Source: Cyanophora paradoxa CCMP329 (taxonomy: Eukaryota > Plantae > Glaucophyta). Taken from it: a DNA stretch of 64,000 bases. Below are positions 47,573 through 56,700 of this stretch, piece by piece. Each line of letters opens with the position of its first letter. The first letter of the stretch is position 1. The notes under the pieces are model-generated. The model saw only the letters and a list, made by a program, of their open reading frames with translations, ran no database searches and was not told where the DNA came from. Where the stretch lies: contig QPMI01000168.1 in NCBI GenBank assembly GCA_004431415.1, positions 162,477 through 226,476 on the forward strand, written 5' to 3'. A program made the translations under genes and the position numbers.

Positions 47573-47875
47573 TCCTTTTTGTTATTGGTATAGATCTTTT
47601 ACAGAACATTGTCATTTTTGTTGCATCGTTAATAAGAAGATGCCCGGAAAAATAAGCCGAAGGTCTTCGCCTCCTCGATTCTACGAATGAACCCCGTAGA
47701 ACAGGTGATGAAAAAGCGTGATACATGGATATCACTACTTATCTACAACGCCGCTTAAAAAAAATTAAGCAAAACGTGAGCGCTAAAATTCGGAGATGGA
47801 TGTTTAACGCTATTCTTTGTAAAGAAAATTTTATCGTTAGAATGATGCTTAACGCTGGGCTTCGCAAATGTCGGG

Positions 47876-48625
47876 CTATGCCCTCATGTATCCCGGACGG
47901 ATGCGCAATTTAGCGAATCCTGAAAGCATCGGCGCACCATTTGGAATCGAGTTAATCGGGTCAGATTGTGATGTAGCAACCCTTAGTATATTCTTGTTAA
48001 GCACCGGCAAATCCGTTTTATTGGATTCTTGGTAATCAATCGTTTTAGCGATTAATTCATTTGTTGCGGTCTTTTCTTCTTTGATTGGATCCGGTAGGAC
48101 ATCGAACGTAACATCGGGTTTCTTTGCTACCTTCTTTTTGGTTATCGGTTCCTCCGTTATCTTCTTCTCTTTCTCTACCTCTTCTGCGATACCATCAACG
48201 AGACTTTTAGCATGTCTGTATGGTACTGTTCTTAGATTACCTTTTGTTGATCTAATAAAGTAGCGGTTCCGGCGGTCTTTTTCTGAATAAGTTGAATATA
48301 GACGCTCACCACCATCGAGAAGTTTAAGAAGAGTCGATTTTTTCGCTACTTTATCAAGCGTTGCGCTTTTGAATTGCCCCTTTTTGATACCACGCTTAGC
48401 GCCCGGCATCTTGTTTAGCGGGACTTGATCAATAAGAGCGTTAGAATCGTTAGTATCATCTACCGGCGCCACAGCATGGGAATTAATTGTATTATCGATA
48501 GTCTTATCAATATCACCGCTTTCGTATGCTGCGGTTCCTTTCGATTTCTTGTATTGCTTCCGTTGTGGTTCTGCCTGTTCAACGGGTTTTTCTAAGAAAT
48601 TCTTCGGTTGAGTCTTACGAGCCAT
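47876..48625 (-). CDS. Lys-rich viral protein of unknown function (candidate core/genome-binding protein)
   Basis: 249-aa ATG-initiated ORF, tightly packed, viral base composition; no family recognised. Confidence 0.75.
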   Translation of the reverse strand: MARKTQPKNFLEKPVEQAEPQRKQYKKSKGTAAYESGDIDKTIDNTINSHAVAPVDDTNDSNALIDQVPLNKMPGAKRGIKKGQFKSATLDKVAKKSTLLKLLDGGERLYSTYSEKDRRNRYFIRSTKGNLRTVPYRHAKSLVDGIAEEVEKEKKITEEPITKKKVAKKPDVTFDVLPDPIKEEKTATNELIAKTIDYQESNKTDLPVLNKNILRVATSQSDPINSIPNGAPMLSGFAKLRIRPGYMRA

Positions 48626-48686
48626 TTGTAATACTGAAACAAAAATAATTAGCGATATATCATATCACATTTAGCGGATAATTGGC

Positions 48687-49589
48687 TTAATAGTTTCGAC
48701 CAAACGGTAGATAAACAGCCTCTAAATCTCTTATGATACTCTTTAATGATGCTTTTGTTAGTTCTTGTTCATCTTCGGTGAAAAGTTCTAATGTCATTGA
48801 CCAATCCGTGGTAATATCAGTTTCTACACCATTCCAATACGTTAAACGCACTTTTAGCGTCTCAACTTCCACTAATCCGTTTTGTTCATGAATGATCATA
48901 GAGTTATTGGTAGAATCATATTTTAGAAGATGTCCTACCTCTTGGTCAATCTCAATTTTAGCGAGCGCTTTATCGTCGCTGGTATTCTTGCTTACATAAT
49001 TGCCTTTGAGTGGATCCACATGTAAAAGGATGTACGAATTAAACAGTAGATCGACCGCTATGACGCTGTCAATGTAATTGGTATATGTGTAAGCACCAAC
49101 CGTTACCGGTAAATCGAACAGAACCGATGGGTAACCTTCCGCTGACTCTTGCGGTACCGTTTCTGGGAATCCAAGGAAATTGGCTAAAATAAGACTATCA
49201 AACTTAATATTGAATTCACTTTCACACATAAATCTCAATGTCATTGTGATTGGATTATATGATACATTGAAGTGACGGGTATAAGTTGTTCCCGCTGTAC
49301 TATATACCTGTGTTGATATCGTAGCATTTAGAAGATTTACTAAACTATCTATGGTATATGATCCTTTCGCAATGAGATTATTTTTATTTTTAATAACACC
49401 TCCTGCGTCATATGTTGATGTTGTGAGTACTCCATCTTGGCTTAGATTGTAAATGTTATTGAACATTTCGAAATTAGTAACGCGACATGCTTTAACATTT
49501 TGGATTGCATGGGGAAGTTTATAAGAATAGTTTGTGGGGGTTCCTTCGTCCCGGTCTCGGGAATCAATATTTAGATAATAACGCGTCAT
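48687..49589 (-). CDS. Minor capsid protein (penton, single jelly-roll)
   Basis: LNIDSRDRD...Y.YKL...IQNV...NNIYN at the N-terminus and LKVRLTYWNG...DWSMTLEL at the C-terminus, a pattern recalled from NCLDV/PLV pentons. Confidence 0.85.
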   Translation of the reverse strand: MTRYYLNIDSRDRDEGTPTNYSYKLPHAIQNVKACRVTNFEMFNNIYNLSQDGVLTTSTYDAGGVIKNKNNLIAKGSYTIDSLVNLLNATISTQVYSTAGTTYTRHFNVSYNPITMTLRFMCESEFNIKFDSLILANFLGFPETVPQESAEGYPSVLFDLPVTVGAYTYTNYIDSVIAVDLLFNSYILLHVDPLKGNYVSKNTSDDKALAKIEIDQEVGHLLKYDSTNNSMIIHEQNGLVEVETLKVRLTYWNGVETDITTDWSMTLELFTEDEQELTKASLKSIIRDLEAVYLPFGRNY

Positions 49590-49642
49590 TCTGTTTAATA
49601 AAGTAAATTAAAATTTTCTTTTCGTATTTTAAACATAAGATC
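49590..49642. promoter_or_regulatory. Probable bidirectional promoter between penton and MCP
   Basis: Only 53 very AT-rich bp separate two divergent ATGs. Confidence 0.55.
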
Positions 49643-50869
49643 ATGTCGATTTCAGGCACAACGCTTAAGGACCTCCTTGTTACTCCCGGATCGGATCAAA
49701 TTTATCTATCACCCGGTCTTCAAATCGGAACCAACCCCAAATATAAGCCGTTCCTTGAACAGGTTCGCCCACGCGGTAACACTTTCGGATTCAAAACGAC
49801 CGCTTATTTTGATCTACCACGCAAGCAACTACTAAGTGGCGTTTCGCTTTACTTTAAGGTTACTACCGCTGGTGGTGTGGAATGCACACTACCCAATGGT
49901 GGCGCTTCTTTCATTAAAGAAGTTCGCTTTACCCATGGTGGGTTTAAGTATATGATTCCTGGTGATTGGATTACTGTAAACACTCTGATCGATAATGATT
50001 ACGCCACGCTGAGTAGCATGTATCTTTCGCTTGGACTTGATACCGAGACAAACCGCGCATCTACCAATTATTCATCTGAGTACGTAGTGAAAATTCCCGC
50101 TGCTTTCTGGGATGATAGTTACTTCCCCCTCTGTTGCCTGGCGGAAATGCCCGCTATTGAGGTAGACTTCCGCGAACCTTCGGTTGTAGAAGTTCCCGCT
50201 GGTGGATCTGTCGCCATGACTGATTGCGGGCTAATCTGTCAATTCGTTAATATCGCTTCTGCGGAGGCGGAGACTCTCATTAAAATGGCGAATGAACAGG
50301 GAGGTATTCGTATTCCGATTACGGAAGTCATCCACAAAAAGACGCGATCGCTGAAAACCGCCGATTCTGGTGAGGCGGTCGAGGTTTCACTCGCTAACGT
50401 TTCCGGTCTGGTTCATTCCATTATTATGACTGTTCGCGATGTCAACAAACTGGAGAAATACACTCATTCTGATTTCCGCGGTTACACTTCTGCGGTTAAA
50501 ATCGATGAATTCCAAATTTTCCATAATAACCGATCGCTTGAAATCTCTAATAAACCCATTTCTGGTTTCCTCTCCGCTGCTAATCATATTCCTACACATT
50601 ACAAGGGTTGCACTGTTGGAAACAATGACTTTGGCTTCGAAAATGCTTGTATCTACGGTGTTGTTCTCTCTAAATCTGGGAAGGATTCGCTCCATAATTC
50701 AGTCATGGGTTATCAAGATTTCTTCAACTCTGCAAGTTCGTACATGGATCTGACCGTTTCCGGTTGCACAGATGCTGCACCGGTTCAGGTTGACATTTAC
50801 GCGCTCCGTCACAATGTCATGATACTCAATGGCTACAACATTTCGACTCTGAAAGTCTCCAACTTTTAA
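49643..50869 (+). CDS. Major capsid protein (double jelly-roll), NCLDV-like motifs
   Basis: 408 aa, beta-rich: FG...FDLPRKQLL...G.SFIKEVRFTHGG...GDWI; VKIPAAFW...FPLCCL...IEVDF; VDIYALRHNVMILNG. Lies between penton and ATPase. Confidence 0.87.
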   Translation: MSISGTTLKDLLVTPGSDQIYLSPGLQIGTNPKYKPFLEQVRPRGNTFGFKTTAYFDLPRKQLLSGVSLYFKVTTAGGVECTLPNGGASFIKEVRFTHGGFKYMIPGDWITVNTLIDNDYATLSSMYLSLGLDTETNRASTNYSSEYVVKIPAAFWDDSYFPLCCLAEMPAIEVDFREPSVVEVPAGGSVAMTDCGLICQFVNIASAEAETLIKMANEQGGIRIPITEVIHKKTRSLKTADSGEAVEVSLANVSGLVHSIIMTVRDVNKLEKYTHSDFRGYTSAVKIDEFQIFHNNRSLEISNKPISGFLSAANHIPTHYKGCTVGNNDFGFENACIYGVVLSKSGKDSLHNSVMGYQDFFNSASSYMDLTVSGCTDAAPVQVDIYALRHNVMILNGYNISTLKVSNF

Positions 50870-50968
50870 AAGTTCTTTTCTTTCCTAAGAATAAGAACCC
50901 CCGAAAGTTGCGTATTGGTTAGCGCATTATTTTGTTTTTTATCTTATTACTGTAACGGACACACTGTA

Positions 50969-51721
50969 ATGGATATAGATTTAAATGATATTCCCGAATT
51001 CGAGCCGGCAAAAACAGCTAAATTACCGTCGCGTTTCTTACTGGCTGGTAGGTCTAATTCTGGAAAAACGACATATTGCAAATATCTACTTTATGAACTG
51101 CGTGATAAGATCGATCAAATCGTAGTGTTTAGTTCCACTGCATTTACGGGTCAATTCAAAGATATAACGCATCCTGGAAATATCTACGAGGAATGGGACG
51201 ATAATGTGGTGATAAAACTAATTAGTATGCAAAAGAAACGAATCGAAAACAATGAGAAACATAATAGTTTGGTAATAATTTTAGATGACATGATCGGTTC
51301 CACACTGAATATGGAAACAAATATGACCTTAAAAAAACTTGTTACAAGTGGAAGACATTATAATATTACCGTAATTTTCAATGTTCAGCGTTTATGTTCT
51401 ATTTCTACTACCATTCGTCGTAATGTGGAATTCGTGGTTTTCTTCAATATTTTAGGGAATGAGAAAGAGTTTCAATGTGCTTATGATGAATATAACGCTG
51501 GAATGGATAGGAAGACCTACAAAGAACTACATAGACTTTGGGGTTACAATTATCAGACCGTCATAACTGGATTGCAAGGATATGATATAAAGACCTATAC
51601 CGATCGCGCAATATTGACAGATGATGACATGAAAGCGTTTCGCAAGTTTGTTAAGAAACGAGCGATAAAAAAGAGAGAATCGTTAAGAATTAGTAATGAA
51701 CCCACGACTATTATGGTTTAG
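50969..51721 (+). CDS. A32/FtsK-HerA-family genome packaging ATPase
   Basis: Walker A GRSNSGKT, Walker B IILDD, SGRHYNITVIFNVQ, IRRN. ATG at 50969 preferred over the TTG at 50915. Confidence 0.95.
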   Translation: MDIDLNDIPEFEPAKTAKLPSRFLLAGRSNSGKTTYCKYLLYELRDKIDQIVVFSSTAFTGQFKDITHPGNIYEEWDDNVVIKLISMQKKRIENNEKHNSLVIILDDMIGSTLNMETNMTLKKLVTSGRHYNITVIFNVQRLCSISTTIRRNVEFVVFFNILGNEKEFQCAYDEYNAGMDRKTYKELHRLWGYNYQTVITGLQGYDIKTYTDRAILTDDDMKAFRKFVKKRAIKKRESLRISNEPTTIMV

Positions 51722-51732
51722 GTTTGTTTACA

Positions 51733-52239
51733 GAGCATGAATTATTTTTATTAAACTTTTGGTTAAAAGTTACAGTGAATCGTGCGGAATCTTTGTAGAA
51801 GAGTCGCGAAAAAAGTCTTACTGTTTATCGTGCGGAATCTTGTGGAATTGTGCGGAATTATAGGGTTATCGTGCGGAATCGATTGTACAATGATCTCCTT
51901 ACTGTCTATCGTGCGGAGTCCTCGGAGACACTGCCCAGAAAAAGGTTTTATCGATTGAATTATCGATCTTGACACTGAGCCTTACGGCGATTTTCGAAAA
52001 GATTCGATGCTGTTACGGTGGATCGTGCGGTGATTCGATGAAGTGGTATTTTATCGATTGAATTATCGATCGTGAAACTAAAATTATCGATCGTGAAACT
52101 AAAATTATCGATCGTGAAACTAAAATTATCGATCGTGACACTGAGCCTTACGGCGATTTTCGAAAAGACTCGATGCTGTTACGGTGGATCGTGCGGTCGC
52201 GCGAGGTTATTGTTTGGAGACACTGCGCCAAGCTGAGCT
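51733..52239 (-). repeat. Right terminal inverted repeat (507 bp)
   Basis: Reverse complement of 41433-41939. Confidence 0.97.
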
Positions 52240-52244
52240 GCATG

Positions 52245-52560
52245 TACCTGATGTTGATAACAGTGGTATGCTTTGCGAGATACCATGTATGCTGCTCTCC
52301 AAACATTCGGTCCAGGGGTTGTCATTTTCCACTCCAACTTCGAGCCTGGCGAAATCGTTGCGATGAAAGCCGTTCTTCAGCGAGGGGTACGAGAATGTCT
52401 GGCGATTCGGAAGCAGTGCTGAAATCTCTTTGCAGAGTCACATATACACGGAAGTGCTGCGCAATGGTGGGGCACGCGAATGGTATCCAGGATCGCTATA
52501 AAAATCACATCGACCCTTTCGTCCCATGTAGATGGTCACCAGAGTTCTCCAAGCCTGCCC
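52245..52560 (+). pseudogene. 3' remainder of the interrupted host gene
   Basis: Removing the element and one TSD restores LYHQLCKH-VPDVDNS-(intron)-GVVIFHSNFEPGEIVAMKAVLQRG. End approximate. Confidence 0.65.
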
Positions 52561-52664
52561 CTTCAAACCGAAGTCAGCTGGAAGTTGTTTGCCCTGTTCC
52601 CTCTAGATCTGTCCGGACTGGGCCCCCTCTGTCCGACGGTCCGGGCTGGGCCCGCCAGTCGCTT

Positions 52665-52857
52665 CCGGAGCGGGTGCGACCCTTCCTCTTGGAGTGGGCG
52701 ACGGCGGTGCCCTACATCCGCGCCCCCGAGGCCTTCCGGCAGCTCGCCCTCGGCGCGGTGCCGGGCGCCCTGGCCTCGACCGCGCCCTCTCGCGGCACCG
52801 GTACCCGGGCCCCAGGGAGGCCAGCGATGCCGACCTGGCAAGCCTGGGCCCCGGCCC
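52665..52857 (+). pseudogene. Decayed inverted copy of the last TIR exon of the LRR-TIR gene
   Basis: PERVRPFLLEWATAVPYIRAPEAFRQLALGAV is nearly identical to the reverse complement of ~34930-35160, followed by deletions. Confidence 0.88.
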
Positions 52858-53786
52858 TCGAGCTCCCACGGGCCTGGCCCCGGAGCTCGAGGGGGAGTCC
52901 TAGGCCTCCTGCGCGGTCGCCTAGGCCCATAGTTAGGTCCGGATTGCAGCCTAGGCTCATATTTAGATCCGGTTTAATTTGCAGCCTTTTGGGTATTTGG
53001 AATTCAGCCTGGCAGCTTGCAGCCTTCGAGATTTCAGTCTCCAATGCCATGATCATGATGCATATGCGCCCTTAAGCTTAGCTTTCCCGGGTCCAGAGCG
53101 TCTGATCATACAATTAGCCACGACTCGGCGATTCATTGGGTATACGTATCGCATATGCCGCGGGCCATGATGCATGCATCATGGCATCATGATCATGGTC
53201 TAAGCTTATGTACACGCCCCGCGGCCAAAGCCGGAGCCTCCGCCGCGCGAGATCTAGACTCGGAAATGTACATCATGGCATGACTCATGATCAGTGACAG
53301 CTCCGATGCATCATGACACTGCGACATCATGGCACAAGAGACGCGGAGATACTCTTGATCCGATGATCATGATCTAAGATCTATAAGATCCGATCATCGG
53401 ATGATCTAAGGCTTGAATTAACTTTTAGTAAGATAGAGCTTCGAATTCAGCCTTGAAGACCCAAGAGGTCACATGGATCTCAGAGTCTCTCTGCGCCCGC
53501 CCCCGGCCCGGCGGCGTCATGGCGCGGGCCGGGTAGATATCTTGATCATGAGGCTTCAAATCAAAGTTAACGTTTAATATGTTTCCATTGACTCGGCGAA
53601 TTTACTGAATTGACCATGAAGGTATGACCAAAATTTAAACACATGCCATGATGCGATGAATAAAATAAAGGGAAGAGAAGAGCTCCAGAATAAACGTACA
53701 AGCTGCTTTGAAGGCGCATGTACATACGGCGCTTAAAAGAGTCACGCGACTCAATAAAATGCTTGCTGAGCTAATCACGATCAAGA

Positions 53787-56700
53787 TCAGCGGGCCGACG
53801 AGGAGGCGGATCGGGCGCTGGGGGAGGGCGGGCGCGGCGTGACAGTGCTGAGGCGGCGCCGCCCCGTCGCCCCCGTCTCGCCGGCCGCCGCCCGCGCCGC
53901 CGCCACCTCCGCGCGCAGCGCCCGCGCCTCCTCCGCGCGCCCCGCCGCCTCGTACGCGTCGGCGAGCCACTCGCCCGTCTCCCGCGTGTCCTCGTGGGCC
54001 CTGCCCAGCGACGCCTCGCCCGCCCTGAGGGCCGCCTCCAGCGGGGCCACGGCCTCCCCGGCCCGCCCCGTCTTCACCAGCAGCGCGCCCAGGTTCGCCA
54101 GCGCCCCCGCCACGTTCGCGTGCAGCTCGCCCAGCTCCGCCCGGTTCGTCTCCACGCACCGCTGCGCCGAAAAAGATCGGACGGCGGGTGCGCGGGGGTT
54201 ACAGAATCAAAGGTGGAGGGGGGGTACGCACGCGGAGGAGCGCCTCCCCTTCGGCGAACTCGCCCCTCTCGAGGCAGACGATCGCGAGCCCGTTCAGCGT
54301 CGGCGCCAGCGCCGAGCTCTGCGGGGCGCCGCTCAGGGGCGGGGTACAGGAAAAAGACGGGGTACGGTGCACTGACATCGGAGCCGAACGCGGCCTCGTG
54401 TACCCGCAGGGCTTTCCTGTACGCGGCCTCCGCCTCCACCGCCCGCCCCTGCGCGCCGCTCGGAGGGGTGTACGGGGTTTCGCGATGGGGGTACGCGGAC
54501 CTGCTCGTGGTACAGGCCGGCGAGCGCCAGGAGCGTCTCGCCCACGTCCTGCGGGGGGTTCGACCCTGTACCCCCTGAAGGGAAGGGGGGAAGTGGGGGG
54601 GTACCTGGTGGTCGGCCCCAAGCATCTTCTCCCGGATCGCGAGAGCGCGCTGTGCGCGAGGGCGGGGGCGGGGAAGGACGGTGAGGGGTACAGTGCAGGA
54701 ACGCTCCGGTGGGGTACGGCGCACGTCAAAGAGGGGCTCGGCGTGGTTGAGCTTGCGCTGCGCGGGCGCGGGGGTACAAGGCGTCAGCCCGCTCCTCGCG
54801 CCCGGCGAGCAGCGGACGCGAAGACCGCGCTCCCCTCACGCTTTACCACGCGCCCTCCTGTACCCCCGCCCTCCTGTACCCGCCTGCCCTCCTGTACGGA
54901 CCTGGGCGAGGAAGAGTGCGGCGAGGTTGTGGGCGGTGGCGGCGCTCTCGGGGCTCTCGGTCCCCAGCTCCGCGTCCGACACCGCCAGCGCCCGCTGGCC
55001 CCAGAGGCGAGTGAGTGAGGCGGCGGGCCCGGGACACGATAAACTAGATCGCTGCTTCTAGACTGCTCCTAGCAAGCTTCCTTGCTTGCTTGCTTGCTTG
55101 CGCAGAGCACGTTTGAAGGCAAGGAGGGCGGCGGCGGGGAAGGGGCGGGGCCCGGGGGCGGGGGGCGGACGCGGTGGTAGAGGCGGGCCTCGGCGATCAT
55201 GCCCCGCGCCTCGTACACCCGCGCGATGTTCGTGCACGCCTGCCCGCACAGCCCCGCCCCGCCCCGCCCCCGGTGAGCACCCTGTCGCTAAACGCAGCAC
55301 AGCGATGGCGAGCGGCGGGCGATCTATGATGTAGCGTTTAAATCTATGAAAGACCGGCACCTTGGCGACGTCGGGGTGCTTCTCCCCGAGGACCGCCTGC
55401 CGCGCCCGCAGGCACGCCTGCCGGCCCGGCCGGAGCCGAGGCTCAGGGGGGCGCCGGGGGGCAAGGTGGGGCGGGGGCGGGGTGGGGGGTACGCGCCCTG
55501 TAGAGGCCCTCCGCCTCCTCGTACCGCTGCCGGCGGGGCGGGGCGGGGCGGGGGTACCGCTGTCAGCGCTCGCCGGGGCGCTGGACCGAGGAGCTACGGG
55601 CCGCCCTCCGTCTATCCCGAGCGGGCGGGCGCTTGGGCTCCCCTGCGGATCTGGGGCGGACCTGCATGACGAAGTGGAGGCCGGCGGCGTTGCTGAGGGA
55701 GCTCGCCGTCTCGGGGTGCGAGGCGCCCAGCGCCGCCTCCCGAACCTCCCGCGACCGCTGCGGGGGCGTGAGGGCGCGCGCGCGTGAGGGGGAGCCCGTG
55801 AGGAGGCGCCGGGCGCCGCCGTCATCGGAGGCCACGAGGCTGGATGGAAGGCGCGCCCCCGGGCATGGGCTCTAAGAGCGCAGGGGCTCGGGGCTCGGGG
55901 CGGCAGGGGAAGCAGGGGCCCGGGGCTCGGGTCACGTGCCCGCCCTCGGGGCCCGGTGCAGTGGGGGCCGGCGGGGCGGGGCGGGGCGGGGCGGGCACGT
56001 CGTAGAGGGTGGAAGCCTCGTGGAAGCGCCTCTGCGTGCCCCGCGGTCACGATCAGCCGGCCGGGCGCCTCCAGGGCGCACACAGCGGCCCCGCTCCGCG
56101 CGCCTCGCCCCCGCGCTAATCCTGGAAGAGTCTAGCCAGCTTTGGGGTCGCCCCGCGCGTTCTGCGCGCCCAGCGCCGCCCGCCGCCCCCCGCGCCTCCT
56201 AAGCTCCTTAGCACCCAAGTCTAAGCTTTAACCTCGGCCCCGGCCTCGGAGACGGACCTGGGCGAAGCGGAGCTCGCCGAGGGCGTTCACCGAGGCCGCC
56301 GTGTCCGGGTGGCCCGCCCTGCGGGGCGCGCGCGGTTAGGCCGGCCGAGCGGGGCGGGGCCGCGCGGGGCCTTCTCCTTCTGGGCGGGGCGGGGCGGGGC
56401 GCGCGGACCCGAAGACGGCCTCCCTGATCTCGATGGCCCGCTGCGCCCCCGGGCTCAGAAAGAGAAGGGGCGAGGGGCCTAAAAATAGCTGGGGGAAGAG
56501 AGGGGGGTAGAGGTGCCTGCAGGAGCGCCTCGGCCTCCTCGTAGCGCGCCTGCCGCCGCCTCAGAGGGGCGGGGGGAGGGGCAAGGGAAAAGAGGGGGGG
56601 GCGCCTGGGCGGTGCGGAGGCGGCCCATCGCTGTGAGCGTGCTCGCCACGTCGGGGTGCGAGGGCCTGCGAGCGAGCCGGGGCCGGTCGGCTCAGAAGGA

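Larger units (their letters stand above)
41433..52239. mobile_element. Endogenous Polinton-like DNA virus, 10,807 bp, apparently intact
   Basis: 507-bp TIRs with AG...CT ends; TSD GCATG (41428-41432 and 52240-52244); abrupt switch to AT-rich, intronless sequence; integrase, pPolB-helicase, penton, MCP and ATPase genes. Confidence 0.97.

Noticed and set aside
41433-52239. Contamination or assembly chimera explaining the AT-rich block
   Set aside because: The exact TSD and the host reading frame restored across the empty site indicate true integration; read support is still worth checking.
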